DNA from: Anaeromyxobacter sp.
GTDB taxonomy: Bacteria > Myxococcota > Myxococcia > Myxococcales > Anaeromyxobacteraceae
Assembly: GCA_049840735.1 (NCBI GenBank)
Contig: JASGJN010000014.1
Coordinates: 128,001 to 192,000, forward strand
Reading direction: 5' to 3'
Length of the DNA: 64,000 bases
The notes under the pieces were generated by a model. The model ran no database searches, was not told the DNA's origin, and worked only from the letters and a program-made list of their open reading frames with translations. The position numbers and the translations under genes were made by a program. Position 1 is the first letter of the stretch, and each line of letters begins with the position of its first letter. Of this stretch, positions 18,281 to 29,155 are shown one piece after another.

Positions 18281-18823
18281 TCAGCCCGGCCCCGGCCTCC
18301 GCCCCCGCGCGCCCGGCCGCGCCGGCGCCTCGGGCACCAGCTGGTGGAACAGGCTCGACTCGCGCTGGAAGAAGCCCTGCGTGTGGAACGACTGGGCCAG
18401 CCCCAGCACCTCGAAGTCGAGGTGGTGCAGGAGCTCGTGCAGGAGCGTGCGCAGGAAGGTCTTGAACGCCACCACCCGCCCCTGCCGCGCGGTGCGCATC
18501 CAGACCCTGATCACCGGCCGCTCGCCCTCGCCCGGCTCGGGCACGTACAGCCCGTGCAGCTCGTGGGCGTCGCCGCGCGGCCGGACGGCGTGGATCTCCA
18601 GCCTGGGCGGGGCCGCCTGGAGCGCCCTGCACACCCCGGCGCACACCGCGAAGGCGGCGTGCGCCACCGCCGCGCCGTCCCCGGCCCCGAGCGCCGCCCG
18701 CAGCCGCTCCACCTCCGGCCAGAGCGCGCTCACCCCCGGCACCGGCAGGGCCGTCACGGCGTCGCTGCGGCGGTAGGTGGCCTGGTCCGGGCGCGACAGG
18801 CGCGCGTAGTAGGCGAACGGCAT
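18281..18823 (-). CDS. Hypothetical protein with an HExxH (zincin-like) motif
   Basis: TLLHELLHHLD followed by SFHTQGF. Confidence 0.75.
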   Translation of the reverse strand: MPFAYYARLSRPDQATYRRSDAVTALPVPGVSALWPEVERLRAALGAGDGAAVAHAAFAVCAGVCRALQAAPPRLEIHAVRPRGDAHELHGLYVPEPGEGERPVIRVWMRTARQGRVVAFKTFLRTLLHELLHHLDFEVLGLAQSFHTQGFFQRESSLFHQLVPEAPARPGARGRRPGPG

Positions 18824-18842
18824 GGTCCCGGCCCGCGCCGCC

Positions 18843-19304
18843 TCAGTTCAGGAAGGCCGGCGGGCTGACCTCGATGCCCTCGATGGCCTGCCGACCGGCG
18901 AAGCCCTCGTCCAGCCCGTGCCAGTGGGTCACGGCCGGCTCGCCGAACTGCCAGCAGAGCAGGATGGGCTCCCCTTCCCGCAGGGCGTGGAAGTCCACCA
19001 GGCCCGCCTCCAGGTCCTTCACCAGGCAGCCCATCCCGTTGATGCGCTCCACGGCCGCGGTCAGCTCGCCTGCCAGGGCGACCAGCCACCGCGCCTCCCC
19101 CGCTCGCCCGACGGGGGGTTCGGCCTCCTCCTGCAGGAGCCCCATGGCCACGTCCACGCCCCCCAGCGCCTCCACCAGGGCCGCCAGCTCCGCGCGGATT
19201 TGCGCCACCCGGCCGAACTCGATTTCGAGGGCCGAGACCAGGCCGTTGGCCTCCTCGACCGTGAAGTACCGCGGGGCCTCGTCCATGAGCGGAAACCTCT
19301 CCAT
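18843..19304 (-). CDS. DUF2203 family protein (start 19304 or 19286)
   Basis: RYFTVEEAN, VKDLEAGLVDF, LLCWQFGEP, WHGLDEGFAGR. Confidence 0.88.
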   Translation of the reverse strand: MERFPLMDEAPRYFTVEEANGLVSALEIEFGRVAQIRAELAALVEALGGVDVAMGLLQEEAEPPVGRAGEARWLVALAGELTAAVERINGMGCLVKDLEAGLVDFHALREGEPILLCWQFGEPAVTHWHGLDEGFAGRQAIEGIEVSPPAFLN

Positions 19305-19381
19305 CGCCGTGTTATAAGCGCGGACCCGGCCCGCGCCGGGCCGCCCGTCCGCGGCCCCCGGAACCAGAGGATCTTCGCACC

Positions 19382-21035
<1,654 letters not shown>

Positions 21036-21079
21036 CGTCACGCCCGGTCGATCCGGGCGGCCCAGGGCGAGCGGAACCG

Positions 21080-22201
21080 TCAGGGCCCGGCCGGCCGCGG
21101 CAGCCCGCAGGCGTGGAGCAGCTCCAGCGTGCGGGCCACCCGCACCGGCAGCCCGTGCGCCAGCGCGGCGCTGCGCGAGGCGGCCCCGACCTCCGCGGCC
21201 AGGGCGGGCGCGTCGTGGACCCGCACCAGCCGGTCCACCAGCCCCTCCACCGTGGGCTCCTCCAGCAGCAGCGGGCTGTGCGGCAACAGCTCGCTCGCGC
21301 CCACCCGGCGCGAGGTGATCACCGGGACGCCGCAGGCCATGGCCTCGGCCACCACCTGCCCGAACTCCTCGAAGCGGGCCGGGTGCACCAGCACGTCCAG
21401 CGCCTGGTGGACCTCCTCCACCTCGTCCACCGGCGGGGCCTGGACCAGCCGCGCGCGCAGCGGCGCGGGCAGCCGGGCCACCCGCGCGGCGAAGTCCTTG
21501 CTCCGCCCCACCACCAGGTACCAGGCCCGCCGCGCCACGGCCGGCGGGAGCGCGGCGGCCGCCTCCAGCAGCAGGTCCACGCCGCGCTTGGTGAAGTCGC
21601 CGGAGGTCACCAGGCCCACCAGGAAGGCCTCGGGCGGCACGCCCCAGCGCGCGCGCAGCGCGGCGCGGCGCTCCCCGTCCACCGGGTGGAAGCGGGCCGG
21701 ATCGCAGGTGGGCCAGACCACCTCCACCTTGGCCGCGGGCACCCCCATGGCCACGAGCTCGTCCGCCATCAGCCGCGAGTTGGCCACCAGCACCCGGTAG
21801 CCGCCGCCGGCCAGGATGCGGGCGTGGTTGGCGGCCACCTCGGCCAGGTCGGAGCCGGCCGGCGGCGGCGCGCCGTGGGTCTCGCGGTGGGCGCGCCGCA
21901 CCAGGTTGTGCAGGAAGAGCACGTCCTGCCGCTCCACGTCCCCGTGCCCCAGCACCAGCCCGTGGGCGCCCCGCCGCCGCACGCGCTCGAAGCGGCGCGC
22001 GTAGGCGGCCCGCGAGCTGCCCCAGGGCCGGCGCAGCGACACCACCAGCCCGCCGGCCGCCTCCACCAGCTCGCGGCGCACGGTCAGGCCGAAGACCTCC
22101 ACGGCGTGGCCCAGACCGGCCAGGAGCGCGGTGTGCTTGAGCACCGTGCCGGAGGCGCCGGTGTGGCGCGACAGGTTGCGGATGGCGATCGCGACGCGCA
22201 C
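21080..22201 (-). CDS. Glycosyltransferase family 4
   Basis: VANS, KRGVDLL, HPARFEEFGQVVAEAMACGVPVI; GTG start at 22201. Confidence 0.9.
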   Translation of the reverse strand: MRVAIAIRNLSRHTGASGTVLKHTALLAGLGHAVEVFGLTVRRELVEAAGGLVVSLRRPWGSSRAAYARRFERVRRRGAHGLVLGHGDVERQDVLFLHNLVRRAHRETHGAPPPAGSDLAEVAANHARILAGGGYRVLVANSRLMADELVAMGVPAAKVEVVWPTCDPARFHPVDGERRAALRARWGVPPEAFLVGLVTSGDFTKRGVDLLLEAAAALPPAVARRAWYLVVGRSKDFAARVARLPAPLRARLVQAPPVDEVEEVHQALDVLVHPARFEEFGQVVAEAMACGVPVITSRRVGASELLPHSPLLLEEPTVEGLVDRLVRVHDAPALAAEVGAASRSAALAHGLPVRVARTLELLHACGLPRPAGP

Positions 22202-22206
22202 GCGGT

Positions 22207-24111
22207 TCAGGGCCTGCCCAGCTCGTCCAGCGCCCGGCGCAGCTCCAGGTTTCGCGGCGCGCGCTCCAGGGCCCGCTCCAGCTCGGCGCGGGCCTCGTCG
22301 CGCCGGCCCAGCCTCTCCAGCAGCCGCCCGCGCTGCAGCGGCGCCTGGACGTCCTCCGGCGAGCGGCGCTCGGACTCCAGATAGGCCGCCAGCGCCTCCT
22401 CGTTCCGGCCGGCGTGCTCCAGCGCCTGGCCGGTGAACATCCACGGGCTGGGCTCCCTGGGCGCGATCCTGCGGGCGGCGGCGAAGGCCCGCAGCGCGCC
22501 CTGCAGATCGCCCTGCCGGTCGCGCGCGATGCCGAGGTTCACGTGGGCCCGCCAGTACCAGGGCGCCACCTGCAGCGCCACCTCCAGCCGCTCCGCCGCC
22601 TTCCGCAGCGCCTCCGGCGCCTGGGCGGGGTCCCGCCCGGCCAGCGAGGTGTACGCCACGGCGAGGTTGTTGTTCACCACCACCTCCCGCGGCGCCTTCT
22701 CGAGCTCCGACTCCCAGAAGCGGATGGCGGTGACCCAGTCCAGCGTCCGCACCACGGTCCGGACCGCCAGCGCGCCGGGCACGGCCAGCGCCAGCACCGC
22801 GGCCACGGTCAGCCAGCTTCCGTTCGCCCTGAGCGTGGCCGCCGCCCGCGGCGGCGGCGGAGTCGAAGGGGCGAACGGCGGGGCCCCCGCGAGCCCGGCG
22901 GTGAGCAGCGCCGCCCCGGCCAGGCAGACCCCCAGCGACGGCAGGTAGAGCAGCCGCTCGGCCAGCAGCACCCCCACCGGCACGAGCTGCAGCACCGGCA
23001 GGAGCGGCACGAAGATGCAGAGCAGCCCGGCCCCCAGGAGCGGCGCCCGGCGGGTCCACCACAGCCAGAGCCCGGCCGCCAGCGTGAGCGCCCAGCCGGC
23101 GGTGGCCACCGCGAACCCGGCGGTGGGCGCCTCCAGCGTGCGGATGCGCGCCGCGTAGGCGAAGTCGCCGCCCAGGAAGCCGGGCCAGGCCAGGATGCGC
23201 AGGTACTCGCCCAGCACGCGGCTCATGGTCATGGCCACGTGCCGCCCCGGCGTGCCCACCGGGAACCAGCGCGCCTCCGGCGCCACCGCCACGTCGAAGC
23301 CGCCTCGCAGCAGGAAGTACGGCAGCGCCGCCAGGAGCAGCGCCAGCGAGAGGCCGGCCACCACCGCCAGGCTCCGCAGCGCCGCCCGGCCGCGCAGCCC
23401 GGGGGCCGCCTCCAGCCCGGCCGCCGCCGGCGCCGCCCAGGCCAGGATGGCGAACAGCACCGGCGTGACGATGGCGGTCTCCTTGGAGAGCACGCCCAGC
23501 GTGAGCACGGCCAGCGCCGCCGGGAGCCGCCACCAGGCCCGCCGCCAGTCCAGCGCCAGCAGGAGCGCCCCGACCGAGAAGCAGGCCGCCAGCGGCTCGG
23601 TCCGGCCGAAGATGGTCGCCACCGCCTCGACGTGGGCGGGGTGGAGCGCGAAGAGCAGCCCGGCCAGCAGCGCCAGCCGCGGCGCCTGCGCCGGGGCGGC
23701 CGCCAGCGCCAGCCGCCGCGCCAGCGCCAGCACCAGCAGGCTGGCGGCCACGTGCAGCGCCACGTTGACGGCGTGGAACCCGGGCGTGAGCGGTCCGTGG
23801 AGGGCGTGGTTGAGCGCGTAGCTGAGCGTGGTGATGGGCCGGTACGGCCCGCGCACGGTGGGGTTGCCGGCGTAGCCGTACAGCTCGCCGAAGATGCGGC
23901 CGACGTTGGAGAGCGACCAGGTGAGCGGGTTGTCCAGCGCCGCCCAGCCGTCGTCCAGGATGGGCGGGTTCACCAGCGTGACGAGGAACGGGACGGCGGC
24001 CGCCAGCGCCACCGCGCGCCGGGGCCGCGCCGCCAGCCAGTCCAGCGCGCGCAACCAGGCCGCGGCGGGGGAGGGATGGGCGGGCGGGGAGCGGAGGCGG
24101 GCGCGGGACAC
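22207..24111 (-). CDS. TMTC-like GT-C membrane glycosyltransferase with C-terminal TPRs
   Basis: ILDD, YRP, HPAHVEAV, LSKE, AERLLYLPS motifs; TPR tail. Confidence 0.8.
   Translation of the reverse strand: MSRARLRSPPAHPSPAAAWLRALDWLAARPRRAVALAAAVPFLVTLVNPPILDDGWAALDNPLTWSLSNVGRIFGELYGYAGNPTVRGPYRPITTLSYALNHALHGPLTPGFHAVNVALHVAASLLVLALARRLALAAAPAQAPRLALLAGLLFALHPAHVEAVATIFGRTEPLAACFSVGALLLALDWRRAWWRLPAALAVLTLGVLSKETAIVTPVLFAILAWAAPAAAGLEAAPGLRGRAALRSLAVVAGLSLALLLAALPYFLLRGGFDVAVAPEARWFPVGTPGRHVAMTMSRVLGEYLRILAWPGFLGGDFAYAARIRTLEAPTAGFAVATAGWALTLAAGLWLWWTRRAPLLGAGLLCIFVPLLPVLQLVPVGVLLAERLLYLPSLGVCLAGAALLTAGLAGAPPFAPSTPPPPRAAATLRANGSWLTVAAVLALAVPGALAVRTVVRTLDWVTAIRFWESELEKAPREVVVNNNLAVAYTSLAGRDPAQAPEALRKAAERLEVALQVAPWYWRAHVNLGIARDRQGDLQGALRAFAAARRIAPREPSPWMFTGQALEHAGRNEEALAAYLESERRSPEDVQAPLQRGRLLERLGRRDEARAELERALERAPRNLELRRALDELGRP
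22820..22878 (-). repeat. REP-like element inside the TMTC-like coding sequence
   Basis: CCGTTCGCCC...GGGCGAACGG inverted ends enclosing CTTCGACTCCGC...GCCACGCTCAG; frame stays open. Confidence 0.88.
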
Positions 24112-24176
24112 GGGGCGGCAGCGTACCAGGGAGAACCGGTGGTTTGGTGGGGCCGGTGCGCACTAGACTCTCCTCC

Positions 24177-25364
24177 ATGGCCGCACCGCCCCGCCCCCGG
24201 CTGGTCCCCGTGGACCCGCAGCGCTCCGCCGATGGCGACGGTGAGGAGCTGGTGGTCCTGCGCGATCCGGCCGGGATCGCCCGCGACGGGCTGGGGCTCA
24301 GCCGCGCCGCCTTCTGGATCGCCGCGCAGCTGGACGGCACGCGCACCGTCGAGGACGTGGTGGCGCTGGCCACCGGCCAGGGGGTGACCTTCGCGCCGGA
24401 CGAGGTGTCGGCGCTGGTGGACGGGCTGGACGCCGCCGGCTTCGTCGAGGGGCCGCGCCGCCGGGCGCTCCGCGGGGAGGCCCTGGCCGCCTTCCGGGCC
24501 AGCGGGCTGCGCCCGCCCTCCTGCGCCGGGGGCGTCTACCCGGGCCAGCCGGACGCCCTGCGGGCGGCGCTGGACCGCTGGCTGGCCGCGCCCGGCGGCC
24601 CACCCCCGGGCACCCCGCCGCCGGCCCCGCTGCGGCTGCTGGTGGCGCCGCACATCGACTACCGGCGCGGCGCGGTCGGCTACGCCCACGCCTACCGCGC
24701 GCTGGCCGGCGCCGACGCCGAGCTGTTCGTGGTCTTCGGGACCGCCCACGCCTCCCCGCGCCGGCTCTTCACGCTCACCCGGCTCGACCACGACACGCCG
24801 CTCGGCCCGGTCCCGACCGACCGGCCGGCGGTGGAGGCGCTGGCGGCGGCGCTGGGCGAGGCGGAGTGCTTCGAGGACGAGCTCTGCCACCGCGACGAGC
24901 ACTCGGTGGAGCTGCAGGTGGTCCTGCTGCGCCATCTGGTGCGCCGCCCCTTCACCGTCTTGCCGGTGCTCTGCTCCAGCCTCGCGCACCTCGATGACCC
25001 GGCCGGCGCCACCGCGCCCTTCCTCGACGCGCTGGACCGGGCGCTGGCGGGGCGCCGCGCCTGCTTCGTGGCCGGGGCCGACCTGGCCCACGTCGGCCCC
25101 CTGTACGGCGACGACCGCCCGGCCACCCCGGCCGAGCGGGCCGCGCTGGCCGAGGCCGACCTGCGCACCCTCGGGTACCTGGCCCGCGGCGACGCCGAGG
25201 GGTTCCACCGGGACGCGCTGCGGGACGGCGACCGCCGGCGCATCTGCGGCGTGGCCCCCATCTACGCGGCGCTGCGGGCCAGCCGGACCGGCGCGCGGCT
25301 GCTCCACCACGGCACCTGGACCGACGGCACGGACCTCGTCTCCTACGCCGCCGCGGCCGGGTAG
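24177..25364 (+). CDS. MEMO1 / AmmeMemoRadiSam protein B-like with an N-terminal PqqD-like domain
   Basis: R..AGGVYP, APHIDY, GTAH, HRDEHSVELQV, ADLAHVG, ICGVAP motifs. Confidence 0.85.
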   Translation: MAAPPRPRLVPVDPQRSADGDGEELVVLRDPAGIARDGLGLSRAAFWIAAQLDGTRTVEDVVALATGQGVTFAPDEVSALVDGLDAAGFVEGPRRRALRGEALAAFRASGLRPPSCAGGVYPGQPDALRAALDRWLAAPGGPPPGTPPPAPLRLLVAPHIDYRRGAVGYAHAYRALAGADAELFVVFGTAHASPRRLFTLTRLDHDTPLGPVPTDRPAVEALAAALGEAECFEDELCHRDEHSVELQVVLLRHLVRRPFTVLPVLCSSLAHLDDPAGATAPFLDALDRALAGRRACFVAGADLAHVGPLYGDDRPATPAERAALAEADLRTLGYLARGDAEGFHRDALRDGDRRRICGVAPIYAALRASRTGARLLHHGTWTDGTDLVSYAAAAG

Positions 25365-25440
25365 CCCTCCAGGTCACGTCCCCGGCCGCGCCTCGTCCCT
25401 GCCGGGCAGGCCCACCCCACCCCTGAGCCCAGGAGCCCCC

Positions 25441-26028
25441 GTGCGCACCCTCGCCGCCCTCGCCCTCGCCCTCTCCTTCCTGCCCGGCGCCGGCGCCCGC
25501 GCCGCCGAGCCGGTCACGGCGCTGCTGGTCATCGACGTCCAGGGCGACTACTTCGCCGGCGGGAAGCTGCCGCTGCAGGCGCCCGAGGCCGCGGCCCGCA
25601 ACGCCGCCGCGCTGATCACCCTGTTCCGGGCCCGCCACCAGCCGGTGATCCACGTCCAGCACGCCAGCCACGAGGAGTGGGAGCCGTTCCTGGAGGGCAC
25701 GCCGGGGCAGCGGATCCACGACCTGGTGAAGCCGGCGCCGGGCGAGCCGGTGGTGGTGAAGGGCAAGCCCAGCGCGTTCGCCGGGACCGGGCTGGGCGAG
25801 CTGCTGGAGCGGCTCGGGGCGGCGCGGGTGATCATCGCCGGCATGCAGACCAACGTCTGCGTGCAGGCCACGGCCGAGGAGGCCGACGCCCGCGGGCTTC
25901 ATCCCGTGGTCGTGCGCGACGCCACCGCGGCGCGCAACCCGGCGCTGTCCGCCGGCGCCCTGGAGCGCCTGGCGGGCCAGGGGATCGCGATCACCACCAC
26001 CGCGGCGCTGACCGGGCAGGCGCGGTGA
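25441..26028 (+). CDS. Cysteine hydrolase (isochorismatase family) with a signal peptide
   Basis: ALLVIDVQGDY, K..PSAF, GMQTNVCV; leader MRTLAALALALSFLPGAGARA. Confidence 0.85.
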   Translation: MRTLAALALALSFLPGAGARAAEPVTALLVIDVQGDYFAGGKLPLQAPEAAARNAAALITLFRARHQPVIHVQHASHEEWEPFLEGTPGQRIHDLVKPAPGEPVVVKGKPSAFAGTGLGELLERLGAARVIIAGMQTNVCVQATAEEADARGLHPVVVRDATAARNPALSAGALERLAGQGIAITTTAALTGQAR

Positions 26029-26046
26029 GCAGGCCGGACCGTCCCC

Positions 26047-27144
26047 TCACCTCCTCCGCTTGGGCACCACCAGCCCGCGCGAGAGGCGCCGCAGCACGCG
26101 CTGCAGCTGGCGGCGCTTGTACCGCTCGTGCGAGCTCTCGCCTTCCTCGTTGCGGGAGGCGGTCTCGCGGTCCAGCACCTGGAACTCCACCAGCGAGAAG
26201 ACCACGCGGCCGCGCTCGTCGGCCATGGGGTCGAGGGGCGGGAGCAGGTCGTCGATCCGGACCGGCACGTCCACCACGAAGTTGAGCACGCGGAAGCCGC
26301 GGCCGCTGAACTCGTTGCGCGGCTCGGACGGATCCCGCTTCTCGAGGTCGGGCGGCAGCTGCAGCTGGCCGGCCAGCTCCTCGCCGCGCGGGTGGCGGGC
26401 CACCAGGTCGGCGAAGCGGACCAGGCTGTTCTGGGTCTGGCCTGGCACCGCGTAGTTGAAGGGGAAGAGGTGCTTCATGAGGTGGTGCACCACCGGCACC
26501 ACCTGGTCGATCCGCTCGGTGACGATCCGGTAGCGGACCCGGTCGAAGACCTGCGCCGCCACGCTCTCCTTCTTGGCGAGCAGCTTGGTCACCAGCGAGA
26601 CCTGGCTCTTCACGTTGCCGCCGAACTCCACGATGGGCAGGCCGGCGGCGCGCATGCGCTCGCCCTCGGCCATCACCCGCCGGTGCACCCGCTCGGCCAG
26701 GTCGGCCTCGCGGATGGGCGTGCGGAAGAGCAGCTCGCGCGCCTCCAGGTGGTGGATGACGTGCATCACCTTGAGCACCACGCAGGCGATGCGGCGGTAC
26801 TTGCGCGGCTCGGCGCTCCCCGAGGCCAGGAGGAAGAGCGTGCGCAGGTCCTCCGGCTCCGCCACCGGCACCGCCACGCGGTAGCCGAAGGCGCCGCGCA
26901 GGTACTCCACCGCCTGCGCCAGGATAGAGCGCAGCCGCTTCTCGTCCTTGGAGTCGTCCAGGTCGAAGAGGCTCAGCCGGAGGAAGGTCTCGACCTCCTC
27001 CAGGTCCCGGAAGTCGAGCCGGCGCCAGTCGATGACCGAGCCGCCGCGCAGCACCAGCCGGAGCTGCTCCAGCTCGGCGACGCCCATCTCCTCGAACGGC
27101 CGGAAGGCTGGCGCCGCGGGGACGCGCTTGGGCTCGGTCGACAC
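26047..27144 (-). CDS. TIGR04552-type protein with a RelA/SpoT-like nucleotidyltransferase region
   Basis: GGSVIDW, KSQVSLVTKLLAK, FDRVRYRIVT, VEFQVLD, HERYK motifs. Confidence 0.75.
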   Translation of the reverse strand: MSTEPKRVPAAPAFRPFEEMGVAELEQLRLVLRGGSVIDWRRLDFRDLEEVETFLRLSLFDLDDSKDEKRLRSILAQAVEYLRGAFGYRVAVPVAEPEDLRTLFLLASGSAEPRKYRRIACVVLKVMHVIHHLEARELLFRTPIREADLAERVHRRVMAEGERMRAAGLPIVEFGGNVKSQVSLVTKLLAKKESVAAQVFDRVRYRIVTERIDQVVPVVHHLMKHLFPFNYAVPGQTQNSLVRFADLVARHPRGEELAGQLQLPPDLEKRDPSEPRNEFSGRGFRVLNFVVDVPVRIDDLLPPLDPMADERGRVVFSLVEFQVLDRETASRNEEGESSHERYKRRQLQRVLRRLSRGLVVPKRRR

Positions 27145-27303
27145 CTTCGCCTCGGTCCAGGGGAGCCCACCGGCGGGAAGCCGGCAGGAGCATGCCGGCG
27201 GCCCCCCGCCGGCGGCGAGAAGATGTCAGCGCGGGTCGGCCGGGTCAAGGGCAGCGGGCCGGCAGACCGGGCCTGAGGCCTGAGGCCCCTGCGAGACGAC
27301 CGG

Positions 27304-29058
27304 CTAGAACTTGAACGGGAAGGTGACGTCCTGCCGGCCCTGCGCCGACTTCGGGAACCGGGTCCCGCGGACCACCCCCGTCAGGCACTGGGCCAGCGGG
27401 CTCTTGTCGTACTCCGGGGTCACGCACTTCACGCTCTGCGTGGACCCGTCGGGGGCAATGGTCCAGCGCATCTTCACCACGCCGCTGGCGGTGGGATCGC
27501 GCCCCTTCTGCTCCTGGACGCAGGTCTGGAGCGCCGGGACGCGGGTCAGGATGGTCTCGTTCACCTGGGAGTCGGTCACCCGCTCCGGCAGCGCGCCGGC
27601 GCTGGCCGAGCCGGGAGCCGGCGGGACATAGACCGAGCGGCCGCTCCCCCCGGTGCCGAGCGCGTCATCGAGCGCCGCGTCGTTGGACTCGAACTCGAGC
27701 AGGTCGCCCTTCTTCGAGGAGGACTTCTTCGGCGCCTCGGCCACGGGCTGCGACGCCGGGCTGGCCTTGGCCGCCGCGGTGGCGCCCTTCTTCGAGGTGG
27801 CCCTGGGCGCCGGCTCCTTCCTGGCCGGCGCGGGCGGCGGCTCGGCCTTGGCCACCGGCTCCGGCCTGGGCGCCGGCGCGGGCTCGGCCTTGGCCGGCGG
27901 CGGCGTGGGCGCGGCGGGCTCGGTGGACGGCGCCTGCGCCACGGCGGGCGTGGGCGTGGGGGTGGTCTCGGCGGGCGGCGGCGTGACCGGGGCCGGCGGC
28001 GGGGGCGCGGGCTGGGCCACCGGGGCCGGCGCAGGCGGAGCGGGCGGCGGCGCGGACGGACGCATCACGAACCAGGTGCCGCCGGCGGCGCCGGCGATCG
28101 CCACCAGCGCCACGACGACCCACACCAGCGTGCGCGAGGAGCGCTGCTGGCGCAGCTGCTCGGCGCGCCCGGCCACCACCGAGCGGCGCTCGATCTTCTG
28201 CTCGTCGGTCTTCTCCAGCGCCCTGAGGGGCAGCGGCACCGCGCCGGTGGGGTCGACGCCGCCGCCGTCGGGGAGCGCGTCCACCAGCGACCTGATGCCG
28301 GCCGGGGCGGCGCGCGGCTCGGCGCGCGCGGCCGGGGCGCCCTGCCCGATCTCCTCGCTGGCCAGCGCGGCCAGCGCGCTGGCGCCGGCCGGCTTCCAGG
28401 CCACGTCGGCGCCCGGCTCGACGGCCGGGGCCGGCGCGGGGGCGGCCACCACGCGCGAGGCGGCGGCGACCGGGGAGGCGGCGGGGCGCGGGCGCGGGCC
28501 GCGCGGCACCGGGGACAGGTAGGCGGCCAGGTCGGTCACGGTGGTGAGCGCGCACCAGTCGCCCATGCCCGGGCGCCAGACCAGCGAGTCGGGGCCGACG
28601 TCGCCGGCCTCCCACTTGCGCCGCACCTCGACCAGCGGCAGCGGGCCTACCTGCGCCTGGCCGATGGCCACGTACCACTCGGTGGCGGGCGGCTCACCGG
28701 GCGCCGCCGCGGCGGGGGCCGCCGCCGAGCGCTCGGCGATGCGGGCGGCCTCCTCCGGCGAGACGGCCTGGGTGGCGTCCGGATCCGGCGCCGCAGCGCC
28801 GGCGGGCGGCGCGCCGCCGAAGGCGTTGTCGAAGGCCTGGCCCAGCTCGTCGTCCAGGCCGGCCGGCCGGGGCGCGGGCGCCGGGGCGGGGGCGGGGGCG
28901 GGGGCGGCGGCCTGCGGGGCCGCGGCGCCGTTCTCGGGGACGCGCCGGACGAGGATGACGTGGCCGCACTTCTTGCAGCGCACCTTCACGCCGGCCGGCC
29001 CGACCTTCTCGTCGGAGATCATGTACTGCGCGTCGCACTGGTCGCAGGTGAATTTCAT
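27304..29058 (-). CDS. gltJ: Gliding motility protein GltJ/AgmX
   Basis: Zinc ribbon CDQC..CKKC, GYF-like WYVAIGQAQVGP/LVWRPGMGDW, TM helix, Pro-rich region, TonB-C-like end. Confidence 0.88.
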   Translation of the reverse strand: MKFTCDQCDAQYMISDEKVGPAGVKVRCKKCGHVILVRRVPENGAAAPQAAAPAPAPAPAPAPRPAGLDDELGQAFDNAFGGAPPAGAAAPDPDATQAVSPEEAARIAERSAAAPAAAAPGEPPATEWYVAIGQAQVGPLPLVEVRRKWEAGDVGPDSLVWRPGMGDWCALTTVTDLAAYLSPVPRGPRPRPAASPVAAASRVVAAPAPAPAVEPGADVAWKPAGASALAALASEEIGQGAPAARAEPRAAPAGIRSLVDALPDGGGVDPTGAVPLPLRALEKTDEQKIERRSVVAGRAEQLRQQRSSRTLVWVVVALVAIAGAAGGTWFVMRPSAPPPAPPAPAPVAQPAPPPPAPVTPPPAETTPTPTPAVAQAPSTEPAAPTPPPAKAEPAPAPRPEPVAKAEPPPAPARKEPAPRATSKKGATAAAKASPASQPVAEAPKKSSSKKGDLLEFESNDAALDDALGTGGSGRSVYVPPAPGSASAGALPERVTDSQVNETILTRVPALQTCVQEQKGRDPTASGVVKMRWTIAPDGSTQSVKCVTPEYDKSPLAQCLTGVVRGTRFPKSAQGRQDVTFPFKF

Positions 29059-29155
29059 GGTTCTCGTGCCCGCTGTGGATCGGTAGGTTTGCGTCGGACG
29101 CCACGTCAACCGGCGTGCGGAGTCGCTGGGCGACCCGCCAAGGGGTGCGCCCCGG

